A DNA stretch of 64,000 nt from Thermodesulfobacteriota bacterium (GTDB lineage Bacteria; Desulfobacterota; Binatia; Bin18), in contig OZ219926.1 of NCBI GenBank assembly GCA_964291405.2, positions 1,728,001 through 1,792,000 on the forward strand. The letters are read 5' to 3'. This document shows positions 39,497-49,284 of the stretch, one piece after another. The translations under genes and the position numbers were made by a program. Under the pieces are notes generated by a model. It saw only the letters and a program-made list of their open reading frames with translations, was not told where the DNA came from and searched no databases. The stretch's first letter is position 1. The number at the start of each line of letters is the position of its first letter.

Positions 39497-39778
39497 ATGC
39501 GAATTACTTTTGCGCATGACAAAAAGGCGAAAAAAGCACACTATCGAGTTCGCCATAGTACCATTAAGGAAAGCGCTTTCGCTGAAGTCTTTTCAGGCTC
39601 TGTCGTAGTTATTGGGCAAAGGGGCCGAGTATTAAAGGCTGTGGGCAGGACATTTCAGGGCCGTTTCCTGACAGTTGTCTTCTTACGCACTACCGAGGAG
39701 CACATCCACGTCATTACCGCTTGGCCTTCAACCAGAAAGCAAATCTTGAGCTGGCATAGGGAGATGAAAGAGCAATGA
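39497..39778 (+). CDS. BrnT-like toxin
   Basis: AVGRT..GRFLTVVF...IHVITAW pattern; overlaps the downstream antitoxin (ATGA). Confidence 0.65.
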   Translation: MRITFAHDKKAKKAHYRVRHSTIKESAFAEVFSGSVVVIGQRGRVLKAVGRTFQGRFLTVVFLRTTEEHIHVITAWPSTRKQILSWHREMKEQ

Positions 39779-40089
39779 AGAGACAAAATACGTGTAAGCG
39801 CTGCGGCACAGAGCAATATCAAGACGACCAAGACAAGTGGTTCTGTCCAGATTGTATTCTGGAAGAAATGGACGCTACTTTCCTTGACCCGTATACGGAT
39901 GATCCAGGCGAACTGGAGAAACCCTATGTGCTGAGACCGCCTACCAAGCAGATTAGTATCCGCCTCGCGGTCGGTGATGTCGAACTCGCCCGCAAGCTAG
40001 CTCGGCAGAAAGGTGTGCCCAAATATCAGACGTATATGAAGACCTTACTCCACGACGCGCTCGTCAGGGAAGCACAAGAGCACCAGTGA
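39775..40089 (+). CDS. CopG/BrnA-like antitoxin with N-terminal CxxC..CxxC
   Basis: TKQISIRL...ARQKGVPKYQTYMKTLL ribbon-helix-helix. Confidence 0.7.
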   Translation: MKRQNTCKRCGTEQYQDDQDKWFCPDCILEEMDATFLDPYTDDPGELEKPYVLRPPTKQISIRLAVGDVELARKLARQKGVPKYQTYMKTLLHDALVREAQEHQ

Positions 40090-40095
40090 CACCCC

Positions 40096-41847
40096 TTATG
40101 GAATAACCGGCAACACGATATGCGACTGAAACTTTTTGTTATGCAAAACAGTTTGCTGCGCGGTCTGGAACTGCGTGCCGGTCGCTTGATCACCGCCGGT
40201 GTTCAGGTTGCGGTCGAAGCGCGGGAAGTTACTCGATGCCACCTCCACGCGCAGACGATGCCCAGGCAGAAACACATGGCTGGTGGCCCATAAATCGATG
40301 CGAAACTCATACGGCTCGTCCGGTGTCAGCAGGGTCGGCTGACTCAAGGAGTCACGATAGCGCGCACGTAGAATACCGTCGGCAATGTTCTGGGCATAGC
40401 CGTCAGGCCGGACATCGACCAGCTTAGCGGTAAAGTCGGTGTCGGTGGCAGAAGACGAAGCGTAGAGCACGATCGTGAGTGGGCCGGTGACTTCAAGCGG
40501 TGCGTCCAGCGGCTCTCCGGTATAGACCAACACGTCTTGCCGGCTTTCCACCTCACGCTGGTCTGCGACACCAACCGGAATAATCAGCGTGTTCCCACCA
40601 CAGGTCGGAACCGGATTGGCGGGGTCGTATTCGTACCGATCCGGGGGTTCGTCCTGAGGGGGGTCAACGCTCAGCCCGCCGTCACCGTCGAGGCTATTCG
40701 CCCGGCCCTGGCTGTGGAAGTAGTAGGGCGTATACCGGGTCCGTGCCAGCGGCCACTCATACTCGTCCCGCCAGCGATTAGTGCCCATCACAAACAGCCG
40801 GATAGGCGGTTCCTCGGCAACTCCCGAGTCTATCCCCTTGAGCCAATAGTCAAACCAGCGCAGCTGGGTCTCGTGCAGTTCGATGACGGCGTTCGGACCA
40901 AAGTCGACATCCCCGGTCCCGCCGGAAATGGGCGTGGTATACGGAAACAGGTGGGCCCACGGCCCGAGCAGCAATTTCTGCCCGCCGCGTGCCTCCGGTG
41001 TCATGGCCCGCGCCTGCAAGCCGCAGAAGTGCACCAGGGCATCGCGCAGGAAAATGTCATACCACGAACTCACATGGTACATGGGGATGTTGATGTTGCG
41101 GTGCTGACGCTCGATATTGATCGGCCACCAATAGGGACCGTCGTCAGGGTGGGTCAGGTAATCGCGCAGATACGGAGCCACCTCCTCAAGCAGGTCGGCC
41201 CAATACATGAGCGGGAGGCGCGTATAGGCTTCCGGCGAGAGCGGATTCCCGAAATTAATGGAACGCAGCAGGTCGGGCCGCACCTTCGGCCAGAGTTGCT
41301 CCTTGATGCCTTTACGGTCAATAGTGTTGCGAGCGAGGAAGATCGCATAGGGCACCTGCCAGCCCAGAGAGAAGGCCCCGCCGGTGTGGTAGACCCAACC
41401 TTGATGGTAATCGGCGCCGGCAGATACGGGGAACGCACACTGGAGATGCGGCGGCCGTGTCGGTGCGAGCTGATACTGGGTTGCGCCGAGATACGACTGG
41501 CCCTGAGTCCCGACCCGGCCGTTCGAGTACGGCAGCGCCGCGGCCCACTCGACCGTATCGTACCCATCCTGGGCTTCATCAATGAGCGGATAGTATTCCC
41601 CCTCTGACGCAAACCGTCCTCGACCGTCCTGGACGATGACCACATAGCCCCGCGACGGAAAATACTCGTGGTCGCCAAAAACATCGGCCAATTCCTTGCC
41701 GTACGGGAGCCGTAATAAAATAACGGGAAAGCGTCCCTCAGCATCCGGCCGATAGACATCGGCGTAGAGCGTCGTCCCGTCCCGCATGACCGCCGGGACA
41801 TCTTTTTCTGTGATGATTCGATATTCTTGGCGACTCTCATGCGGCAT
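40096..41847 (-). CDS. CocE/NonD family hydrolase
   Basis: MRDGTTLYADVYRP, DGRGRFASEG, GQSYLG, GPWAH and SSNFPRFDRN. Confidence 0.94.
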   Translation of the reverse strand: MPHESRQEYRIITEKDVPAVMRDGTTLYADVYRPDAEGRFPVILLRLPYGKELADVFGDHEYFPSRGYVVIVQDGRGRFASEGEYYPLIDEAQDGYDTVEWAAALPYSNGRVGTQGQSYLGATQYQLAPTRPPHLQCAFPVSAGADYHQGWVYHTGGAFSLGWQVPYAIFLARNTIDRKGIKEQLWPKVRPDLLRSINFGNPLSPEAYTRLPLMYWADLLEEVAPYLRDYLTHPDDGPYWWPINIERQHRNINIPMYHVSSWYDIFLRDALVHFCGLQARAMTPEARGGQKLLLGPWAHLFPYTTPISGGTGDVDFGPNAVIELHETQLRWFDYWLKGIDSGVAEEPPIRLFVMGTNRWRDEYEWPLARTRYTPYYFHSQGRANSLDGDGGLSVDPPQDEPPDRYEYDPANPVPTCGGNTLIIPVGVADQREVESRQDVLVYTGEPLDAPLEVTGPLTIVLYASSSATDTDFTAKLVDVRPDGYAQNIADGILRARYRDSLSQPTLLTPDEPYEFRIDLWATSHVFLPGHRLRVEVASSNFPRFDRNLNTGGDQATGTQFQTAQQTVLHNKKFQSHIVLPVIP

Positions 41848-41976
41848 GATTCCCCCTCCTTTGGACCTTCTTATAAGGAGACAGACTGAGAAAGGCAATC
41901 AAAGAGCCGATTTGGAAAAAACATATGGAGAGTATATGGTTCAAAATCACAGAAAACCGATAAGGGATACAGCGCG

Positions 41977-42387
41977 ATGAAGTATTGGCTGGTGAAATCC
42001 GAACCGTACAAATATGCCTGGAGCGACCTGCAAAAAGACGGCTGGACGTATTGGGACGGTGTGCGTAACTATCAAGCCCGTAACAACCTGCGGGCTATGC
42101 AGATGGGCGACCAGGTCCTGTATTATCACAGCAACGAGGGGATGGAGATTGTCGGGATTGCCCGTGTCATCAAAGAAGCCTACCAGGACCCTACGACGGA
42201 TGATGAGCGCTGGAGCGTGGTTGATATCGAGCCGGTTGAAACCCTGGCCAGCCCGATAACGCTCAACCAGATCAAGCAAGATAAACGGCTGCAAGAGATG
42301 GCCCTGATCAAGCAGAGCCGTCTGTCAGTCATGCCGGTGACCAAAAAAGAATTCGACGTGATCGTCAAACAGGGACGAACGAAATAA
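41977..42387 (+). CDS. EVE domain protein
   Basis: YWLVKSEP, WDGVRNYQARN, YYHS and SRLSV.PV. Confidence 0.95.
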   Translation: MKYWLVKSEPYKYAWSDLQKDGWTYWDGVRNYQARNNLRAMQMGDQVLYYHSNEGMEIVGIARVIKEAYQDPTTDDERWSVVDIEPVETLASPITLNQIKQDKRLQEMALIKQSRLSVMPVTKKEFDVIVKQGRTK

Positions 42388-42556
42388 TTCGGGTTCCTTC
42401 CTCCTTGTTCTCTTGGAGGTGCACTCCCGCGGTCCGGCAAGTAAGCGCTGGACCGCGATACAACTCTAGCCTCGGTCCGCGACGCTCTCACCCATCACAA
42501 GAAACTGATCGTTTGCGCTTGACTCGTCAAAAAAGAGTGCTAGGAGGAGATTAGAC

Positions 42557-42692
42557 GCCTGTGGGAGTCGGTGGTCAGAGGTTCACTCACCAAACGTGAG
42601 ACTGGAGGGGCCACTGTGCAATACCTGGAGCAACAGCCACGCTCCTTCCCCACTAGCGGACCTTCTGGATTTGCCACCGCCGTCCGCCAGGC
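42557..42692 (+). ncRNA. Candidate rod-shaped structured RNA (6S-like topology)
   Basis: Nested complementarity GCCTG/CAGGC, CGGTGGT/GCCACCG, CAGAGGTTC/GGACCTTCTG and GGAGGGG/CTCCTTCC around a central bubble; TTGACT at 42519. Confidence 0.4.
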
Positions 42693-42860
42693 CCCACCCG
42701 AACCTGCTGCCCTCCTTCTCAGCCGCTTATATTTTTCGTCTGCCCTTTTCCCGCACGATTGTCCCATGCTTGCACGCCTGCGCGAGCGTGGTCCCCCGGT
42801 CGTATAGCCGCCACATGCCCCAATTTGGTCTTCGTTACGCTACAGACAGGAGGAAGGGAT

Positions 42861-43316
42861 ATGAAACCCATTCTCGGTTTTATTGGAGGCGGACTGCTAG
42901 GTCTCGTCTTGCTCTGGGCAGCCATAGCAGACGCCCGTTTCGGCTACCCGAATGAAACGCCGTATGTCCGCCTGTCCGGTACCCTGCTTCCGCTTGAGGG
43001 CGAGGCGGAACCACCAGAGCCAGCTCTGACTATCCTGGTGAAAGGCGCCTCTTGGCGTTTCCAACTTGCTAACATCGAGGAAGTCAAGAGGTATGATCAG
43101 GAGGACGCGGGAGTGGACGAGTTGCAACGCCATACCGTTCGTTTATATGGCCCGACACCGCTTCTCGCCCCGCTCCAACAACCCACAATTATAGGGCAAC
43201 CCATTACGATTGAGGGCTATCTCTACCCGAAGGAACGGCGACTTTTAGTCGTGACCATCACGGGCGTTCCCGTACTGGCAGATCAGGCCGCCCGTGTAGA
43301 GAGCAGCGGGCAGTGA
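42861..43316 (+). CDS. Hypothetical exported or membrane-anchored protein
   Basis: AGGAGG RBS; N-terminal hydrophobic segment. Confidence 0.6.
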   Translation: MKPILGFIGGGLLGLVLLWAAIADARFGYPNETPYVRLSGTLLPLEGEAEPPEPALTILVKGASWRFQLANIEEVKRYDQEDAGVDELQRHTVRLYGPTPLLAPLQQPTIIGQPITIEGYLYPKERRLLVVTITGVPVLADQAARVESSGQ

Positions 43317-43442
43317 CGCTGAATTGCTCATGCCCGTGTTTCCAGGAAAGAACTCTGGCGCATGCTTGTTGGTCATGACCTCACACAGGGTAGCGGTTAA
43401 ACCCGCTACCACACTCACCTCCAAGGAAAAACAGGAGGGGAT

Positions 43443-43967
43443 ATGGCAACAATACAATCAAGAGTCGTAGATTCGGGGTTATCAACATTTTCATCCGCAG
43501 AACTCTCACAGCTTCTCCGAGAAGGCCTCATCGCCGGCATCCTTGGGGCCACAACTATCGCCGTATGGTTTTTCATTGTTGACAGTGTCCGTGGGCAGCC
43601 ACTCTATACGCCCTCAATTCTCGGGGCCGCCTTGTTCAAGGATGGATTCACAGCACCCGAAAGCCTTGGGATCGATCTCAAGGTCGTATTCATGTTTACC
43701 TGGGTCCATGGATTGGTCTTTACAGTGGTCGGTTGGCTGGCGTCGTGGTTGCTTGGCATTGCGGAACGCAATCCTCAGATTGGTTTCGGAATCCTCTTAT
43801 TCTTTGTAGTGTTTGAGTTTGGCTTTATATCGGTGTGTCACGTATTGGCAGAGCCAGTCCTGCACGCGCTATCCTGGCCGGCGGTCGTCATCGGCAACCT
43901 CTTAGCCGCTGTCGCTATGGGGACATATTTTTGGCGGCATCATCTCGATATGCACGTTGAACCATAA
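43443..43967 (+). CDS. Hypothetical four-TM membrane protein
   Basis: AGGAGG RBS; EGLIAGILGA..W...D...G.PLYTP..LG; hydrophobic helices. Confidence 0.75.
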   Translation: MATIQSRVVDSGLSTFSSAELSQLLREGLIAGILGATTIAVWFFIVDSVRGQPLYTPSILGAALFKDGFTAPESLGIDLKVVFMFTWVHGLVFTVVGWLASWLLGIAERNPQIGFGILLFFVVFEFGFISVCHVLAEPVLHALSWPAVVIGNLLAAVAMGTYFWRHHLDMHVEP

Positions 43968-44175
43968 AGGAGTCCGGGCGTGTCGCTGCTCAAAGTCTTT
44001 CGAGAGGCCGAGGAAAGACCTTCAGGATTGAGGCCAGGTGAAATGAGACCTCCCAAGGGTACAGGACGATCCCCGCCGCCGAGGCACACTAAGGAGGGAA
44101 GGAAGAAAAACATTCGCACCGGGAGTTCCTCCTAGAGTGCGACTTTCCAGTAAAGAGTTGAGAAAGGAGACCGTT

Positions 44176-44481
44176 ATGCCTACCTATATCTTGCTCAGCA
44201 CCCTCACCCCAGAAGGGAGCAAAACCCTACACCAGCACCCGAATCGTCTGGAAGAAGTCAACAAAGAGATCGCAGAGTTTGGTTGTAAAGTAACGGGCCA
44301 GTTTGCGACGCTCGGCTTGTATGATTTTGTCAGTATTATTGAGGCGCCCGACAACGAAACCGTCGCCCATCTATCGGTTGATTTGAGTTCACGCGGGACC
44401 GTCCATATTACGACCTTACCAGCGATTCCGACCTCTCAGCTCCACGAAAAACTTACAGGACCGAAACAGATGGGCCGGTAG
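44176..44481 (+). CDS. GYD domain protein
   Basis: MPTYILL..LT.EG..LGLYDFV.I.EAPD...GTV...TL.A; AAGGAG RBS. Confidence 0.88.
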   Translation: MPTYILLSTLTPEGSKTLHQHPNRLEEVNKEIAEFGCKVTGQFATLGLYDFVSIIEAPDNETVAHLSVDLSSRGTVHITTLPAIPTSQLHEKLTGPKQMGR

Positions 44482-44537
44482 CACAGAGTGTGTCTCAAAA
44501 AAACTTGACACGAAACAATCAAGGGGAGTAAAGAGGA

Positions 44538-44925
44538 AGTATCGGGTCTCTGGTGGACCCATCGGAAGACGGCGCGCCCGTCAAAAAATCCTCCACGGGA
44601 GAGACAGGAGGTGCGAATGGAAAGTCCGCCGGAAAATAACCGCCCGCCAATGGTGGGCAACGCCCCCGCGAGGCAGCGGCTATTGGGTTCATCCTTTTGA
44701 TGCTCAGACCCCGCCTGACTGTCGTGCTCGAAAGTACGGAGTCGACAACGGTCGGCTCACAAGAGGAGGCCATCGGGAAAACGGATTGAGGACAATCCGG
44801 AGCAGCCAGGGTGAAGAACAAGCCCGCTGTACCATCGCCAAATCGGGCATATAGACATTGATAGTTCATTCTCAGCGTATAACGCGCACCAAAGAGGGTG
44901 ACCTTTCCGGAAAGGTCACCCTCTT
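44538..44925 (+). ncRNA. Candidate multi-hairpin, GGA-rich ncRNA
   Basis: TTGACA at 44505; at least five hairpins, several with G-U pairs valid only on the + strand; ends in a 34-bp palindrome; no credible ORF. Confidence 0.4.
44892..44925. terminator. Perfect 34-bp palindrome, probable bidirectional terminator
   Basis: AAGAGGGTGACCTTTCC/GGAAAGGTCACCCTCTT between convergent units. Confidence 0.75.
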
Positions 44926-44967
44926 CTGGTTGTAGCGTTCAATGATCTCGGCCGCTTGTCATCCTCA

Positions 44968-45318
44968 CTAAAACTTCTCCTGTCCCCGCACTCGTCCAGG
45001 GTCGGGAAAGTCTCTATAGAGTGCAAATACAAGGTCTTTCACTTTGGCATTCACCGCTTGGTGAAAACTCTCAACTGGGTCGCTACGAGTTGAGACATAG
45101 TGAAACGCGGTGTCCAGATGCGCCAAGTTTTCAAAGTCGAGCATGATATGGAACTCAGGCAGATGGTCAGGCCCAAGGCCGAGTTTCCGACGCGTTATCC
45201 GATAACTGGCGAGGAGGCCCTCGGCTTGGAGGTGTTCAAAATACTGCCGAGCACTATCCGTAAACTCGACGTCCCTGACGCCATCCTTGAGGTTGCACCA
45301 GATGTGGTAGATGTCCAT
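44968..45318 (-). CDS. Conserved hypothetical protein (DUF6614-like)
   Basis: YHIWCNLK..RITRRKLG...EFHIM...ALYRDFPD. Confidence 0.75.
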   Translation of the reverse strand: MDIYHIWCNLKDGVRDVEFTDSARQYFEHLQAEGLLASYRITRRKLGLGPDHLPEFHIMLDFENLAHLDTAFHYVSTRSDPVESFHQAVNAKVKDLVFALYRDFPDPGRVRGQEKF

Positions 45319-45331
45319 TCTTACCGCTCAC

Positions 45332-45883
45332 TCACTGTACGATTGGCCGAAGCGACACTTCATAGAGCACCACCTCATAGCCCTGGAAGGATGCCGTCTT
45401 GACATACCGCATCCCCACTCGCTCCATAACGCGTAGAGAGGCACGATTGTCTGGTAGAGCGAACGCAATGATCCGAGGCAGGCCAAGTTCTGTCCGGCCA
45501 TAGTCAAGCGCGGCGTGGGCGGCTTCGGTTGCCAAACCTTTTCCCCACGCTGAAGGATCTAAGGCATAGAGCAGCTCGACTGCATCAAACTCGGGCAAGT
45601 AGCGCAGTCCACAGTGTCCGATCAACACTCTCGTCTGCTTGTCGATAACCGCCCAAGGCCCAAAGCCCCGCTCCTGCCAATGTCGTGCAAAGGTCTGCAT
45701 CGTTTGTCGTGCCCTTTCGGGCGCACTCTTTACAGCCTCTATTCCACCGGGCAGATACCGAGCCACTTCAGGATTTGCTCGAATCCTTTCATAAGTAACA
45801 AAATCGTCATCCACAAACGGGCGGAGGAGTAAACGCTCGGTTTCGACTGTCTGTGGTGAAGAAGATGAGAACTGTTCAGCCAT
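45332..45883 (-). CDS. GNAT acetyltransferase (RimJ/RimL family)
   Basis: ETERLLLRP, WGKGLATEA and N.AS.RVMER.GM. Confidence 0.92.
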   Translation of the reverse strand: MAEQFSSSSPQTVETERLLLRPFVDDDFVTYERIRANPEVARYLPGGIEAVKSAPERARQTMQTFARHWQERGFGPWAVIDKQTRVLIGHCGLRYLPEFDAVELLYALDPSAWGKGLATEAAHAALDYGRTELGLPRIIAFALPDNRASLRVMERVGMRYVKTASFQGYEVVLYEVSLRPIVQ

Positions 45884-46102
45884 ATTCTCCAATCCACTTT
45901 TCTCCTATCCCCGCATCGACCAGAATCGGAGAAGCGGCTCTCCAATGCTCTAGAGATTACACCGGCTGAGATAAATGTCCATTCGTGCCACTTACTCATT
46001 GTACGCTTTGTCTCAGCGGTGAACACCAATCCGTGTTACGCTCTTCAGGCGGGGGACTATTGAGGCTATACAGGTCACGAGTAGAAGCCTGGGAGGCTCA
46101 CC

Positions 46103-46309
46103 ATGCGTGTACAGCAGATTGACTTGAGCTATGAAGACGAATCAGGAGACACACTCGGAGAGGCGACGCTCCACGTGCAATCGACGACACTGTCCGGCCA
46201 GGAGATTTACACCCAGGTGCCACTGGAAGCAAAAGAAGTCAGAGCGCTCGAACAGGTGATACAACAGGCACTGAAGCGTTTGACACGCGAGGCCCTCAAA
46301 TTGATTTAG
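46103..46309 (+). CDS. Small hypothetical protein
   Basis: GGAGG RBS before the ATG; 68 aa. Confidence 0.55.
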   Translation: MRVQQIDLSYEDESGDTLGEATLHVQSTTLSGQEIYTQVPLEAKEVRALEQVIQQALKRLTREALKLI

Positions 46310-46881
46310 TCCATTTCGGACGGGGCCAGAAGGAGCGTGCCACTATCCAAATCGTGTCGAATCGCCTTCAGACAGGTCTCAAAATCTCCCTCCACTAACC
46401 GTCCGCCACTATCGAGCATACCGCACTGCATCATGAGGTTGATTGAGGTCCCAAAGTCGTCAACCAGAAGAAAGCCATCCTGATCGACCTTTCGTCCGTC
46501 CGGCAGAGTGGTAAAAACACATCGCTCCTGGAGGAGTTCCTGCTCCGGGAGCAACCGTTCAATATAACCGTACGTTGGCTTACCGAGGGCGTTGCCATAC
46601 CCCAGCTCGTACGCCGTACCGTCGTCGATTAACGCTCCCCGAAAGGCATTACAGTTTGCAATAACAATGTCGCAGGCTTTGATCTGACCGATATCGCCCC
46701 GATAGATTCTCGTGGCTGTCCGCATCGAGCTGTCACTCAGGTCTACATTGTTATCCATGGGATGGAGGCCAATGAAACCATATCGGACGCACAGGCTGCG
46801 TTGCGTCCGCGCGCACTCAATAGCGTCGGGTCGAAAGACTTCAGGTCCGGCAAGATAGAGCTTGGGCTGGGTGTTTGGCAT
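46306..46881 (-). CDS. Nucleoside 2-deoxyribosyltransferase family protein
   Basis: LYLAGPEVF and D.GTAYELGY..ALGKP. Confidence 0.9.
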   Translation of the reverse strand: MPNTQPKLYLAGPEVFRPDAIECARTQRSLCVRYGFIGLHPMDNNVDLSDSSMRTATRIYRGDIGQIKACDIVIANCNAFRGALIDDGTAYELGYGNALGKPTYGYIERLLPEQELLQERCVFTTLPDGRKVDQDGFLLVDDFGTSINLMMQCGMLDSGGRLVEGDFETCLKAIRHDLDSGTLLLAPSEMD

Positions 46882-46922
46882 GGGGAGCAGACCTCCAATC
46901 TCTCTCCTGGGGCACGGAGGGG

Positions 46923-47690
46923 TTACCGCCCAATATACTTGGGCTCTCGTTTTTCCAGAAATGACTTGACCCCTTCTTCGTAATCGTGGGTGGAGCGCAG
47001 CCAGGCGTAGGACTTGCGCTCCAGCTCCAGGGCCGTTTCCAGCGGGGCCTCCGCACCTTTATTAAGTACCGTTTTTAAGGTCCGTAGGGCCAGCGGAGCA
47101 CGCTCGGCCAACTCTGTCGAAAGTTCGGCTACGGCGCTCTCAAATGCGTCGCCGGGGACGCAGTGCGTAATCAAGCCCCACTGCTCGGCTTGAGAGGCGG
47201 AAATGCGCCGTCCGGTCATCATAAACAACTTCGCCCGCGTCATACCGATGAGGCGCAGGGCGCGTTGTGTGCCCCCGCTGCCGGGGATCATCCCCAGACG
47301 AATTTCAGGAAACGAGAACTGTGAGCGGTCGGTCGCAATGCGAAAGTCACACGCCAGGGCGAGTTCAAGACCAGCCCCCATGGTATAGCCGTCAATGGCT
47401 GCGATCACGGGCTTGCGACAGCGCTCCGGCCAGCTCAGCGTATCCCCCCACTCTTCCAAGTCGGCCGGCGCCTGGGCCAGAAATTCAGACAGGTCCCCGC
47501 CGGCGCTAAACGCCTTACCGCCTGCACCGCGAATAATGACCACCCGTACCGTGTCGTCCGTGTCGAGACCGTGCAGCAGACCGGGCAGCTCTTTGCGCAT
47601 GGCCACGGTGATCGTGTTCATCAGCGTCTGACGGTCGATCCAGATGGTTGCTTCGGTCCCAGTCTTTTCTACGTGGAGGACATCACTCAT
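46923..47690 (-). CDS. hmfE: Enoyl-CoA hydratase-family protein, HmfE-like (2-oxoglutaroyl-CoA hydrolase)
   Basis: AFSAGGDL, PERCRKPVIAA, ELALACDFRIA and PE..LG.IPGSGG; cluster context. Confidence 0.7.
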   Translation of the reverse strand: MSDVLHVEKTGTEATIWIDRQTLMNTITVAMRKELPGLLHGLDTDDTVRVVIIRGAGGKAFSAGGDLSEFLAQAPADLEEWGDTLSWPERCRKPVIAAIDGYTMGAGLELALACDFRIATDRSQFSFPEIRLGMIPGSGGTQRALRLIGMTRAKLFMMTGRRISASQAEQWGLITHCVPGDAFESAVAELSTELAERAPLALRTLKTVLNKGAEAPLETALELERKSYAWLRSTHDYEEGVKSFLEKREPKYIGR

Positions 47691-47718
47691 TGTTCTTCCT
47701 CTTCTTCTCCATGTGTCA

Positions 47719-49284
47719 TCACACCCTCTCATACCCGCCCTCAAGCAGCCGGCGACGGAGTAATTTACCTGTCGGGCTCTTGGGTAATCCGGACACGAAC
47801 TCATAGCGCCGGGGACGTTTGAAGTCGGCAAAGTCCTCGGCCTGACGACAGAAAGTGTCCAAGTCTGCCGCACTCACCGCCACAAAGCCCCTGTCAGACT
47901 GCCGTTTGGGGACAACAAAGGCGGTGACCACCTGGCCCCAGCGCTGGTCCGGCAGACCGACGACGCAGGCTTCATCAACCTGGGGATGGCGAGAGACAAC
48001 CTCCTCAACCTCGATCGGATAGATATTCTCCCCACCACTGATAATCATATCATCCACCCGGCCAACGGTGAAAATATCGTCGTCTTCGTCCTGGTACACG
48101 AGGTCGCCGCTAAAATACCAACCACCCCGCAACGCTTTTGCATCCGCCTCGGGCCGCCGCCAATAGCCCTGAAACGCTTCGGGCGACGAGAGACTGACAA
48201 TCAGCTCACCGGTTTCACCCCGGGGGAGGATATCGTCCGGACTCCCCTGACCGCCGGCATCGGCCCGCACGATGCGCACCTGACTGAAGACGCCGGCGCG
48301 TCCGGCACAGGTCGGTTTCTCCAGGATACGATCACAGATCGTAAATGTATAAATTTCGGTACTCCCCAGATGATTGACAAAAACCCGCGGCTGGAACATA
48401 TCCGCAACCTGTTGGGTGAGTGTCCCGGACATGGGCGCTCCGGCATAACCCAGCTTGGTGACGCTCGCCGCGGCCTTGGGGGTGAAAGCCGGCGAATTGA
48501 CCAGATCGTGATAGAGCGTCGGCACGAGATAGAGCGCGGTGACCCGCTCACTTTCAATCAGATACACGGCTGCCTCCGGGCTCCAGTCCGGCAGGCAGAT
48601 CAGGCAACCGTTCAGCAAGGCCATGACAATCGTCGAGCGGACACCCATGGTGTGATAGAGCGGCATGACTCCGAGGGTACGATCGCGGAGGCTGTTCTGG
48701 CTCTGAAGGCTATGCGCGAGGGCCGCACTGTACTCAGCCCGATGCGTGCGCGGCACCCCTTTTGGCCGCCCGGTTGTACCGGACGTGTACAGCATGATGC
48801 TGATATCGGATTCGGAGACCTCAGCCGGCGGAGCCCCAGAGGCTCCGTCATCCTCCAGCAACGCAGAAAAAACAAGGCAGTCGGCCGGGGCAGGGTCTCC
48901 AACATAAATCCAGGTATGCACGCTTGACAGTGCGGGGCGCGCCATCTGAACCGCGGCTAGGCTGGCCTGTTCACATATGACCGCGACCGCTTCCGCGTCC
49001 TGGACACAAAAGGCGATATCCCCGGCCGGCCAGCGCCAGTTCAGCGGCATCGCAATGGCGCCGATCCGTTGGCACGCCCAGTACGCAATCGCATGTTCAA
49101 GTCGGTTTTTCAGCAAGAACACGATATGGTCGCCGGGACGAATACCACGCGCCTGTAGGGCGCGCGCCACCCGACGGATACGGGTCTGCCAGGCGTGATA
49201 GGTCAGCCGTCGGTCGCCATCGATAATGGCCTCCGCCTCGGGATAGCGCGCGGCTGCCAGATCGATGAGGTTGGCTAAGTGCAT
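47719..49284 (-). CDS. hmfD: Acyl-CoA synthetase, HmfD-like (2-furoate-CoA ligase)
   Basis: YTSGTTGRPKGVPRTHRAE, RTLGVMPLYHTMGVRS and FVNHLGSTEIYTFTI resemble HmfD. Confidence 0.75.
   Translation of the reverse strand: MHLANLIDLAAARYPEAEAIIDGDRRLTYHAWQTRIRRVARALQARGIRPGDHIVFLLKNRLEHAIAYWACQRIGAIAMPLNWRWPAGDIAFCVQDAEAVAVICEQASLAAVQMARPALSSVHTWIYVGDPAPADCLVFSALLEDDGASGAPPAEVSESDISIMLYTSGTTGRPKGVPRTHRAEYSAALAHSLQSQNSLRDRTLGVMPLYHTMGVRSTIVMALLNGCLICLPDWSPEAAVYLIESERVTALYLVPTLYHDLVNSPAFTPKAAASVTKLGYAGAPMSGTLTQQVADMFQPRVFVNHLGSTEIYTFTICDRILEKPTCAGRAGVFSQVRIVRADAGGQGSPDDILPRGETGELIVSLSSPEAFQGYWRRPEADAKALRGGWYFSGDLVYQDEDDDIFTVGRVDDMIISGGENIYPIEVEEVVSRHPQVDEACVVGLPDQRWGQVVTAFVVPKRQSDRGFVAVSAADLDTFCRQAEDFADFKRPRRYEFVSGLPKSPTGKLLRRRLLEGGYERV

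Noticed and set aside
42517-42543. CIRCE/HrcA operator (ACTC-N9-GAGTGCTAG)
   Set aside because: The left arm matches poorly and no chaperone gene follows; better explained as a promoter.
43968-44135. RNase P RNA (GTCGCTGC...GAGGAAAG resemblance)
   Set aside because: GAGGAAAGACC does not continue into the conserved P4 sequence, the 3' conserved region is absent and the space is too short.
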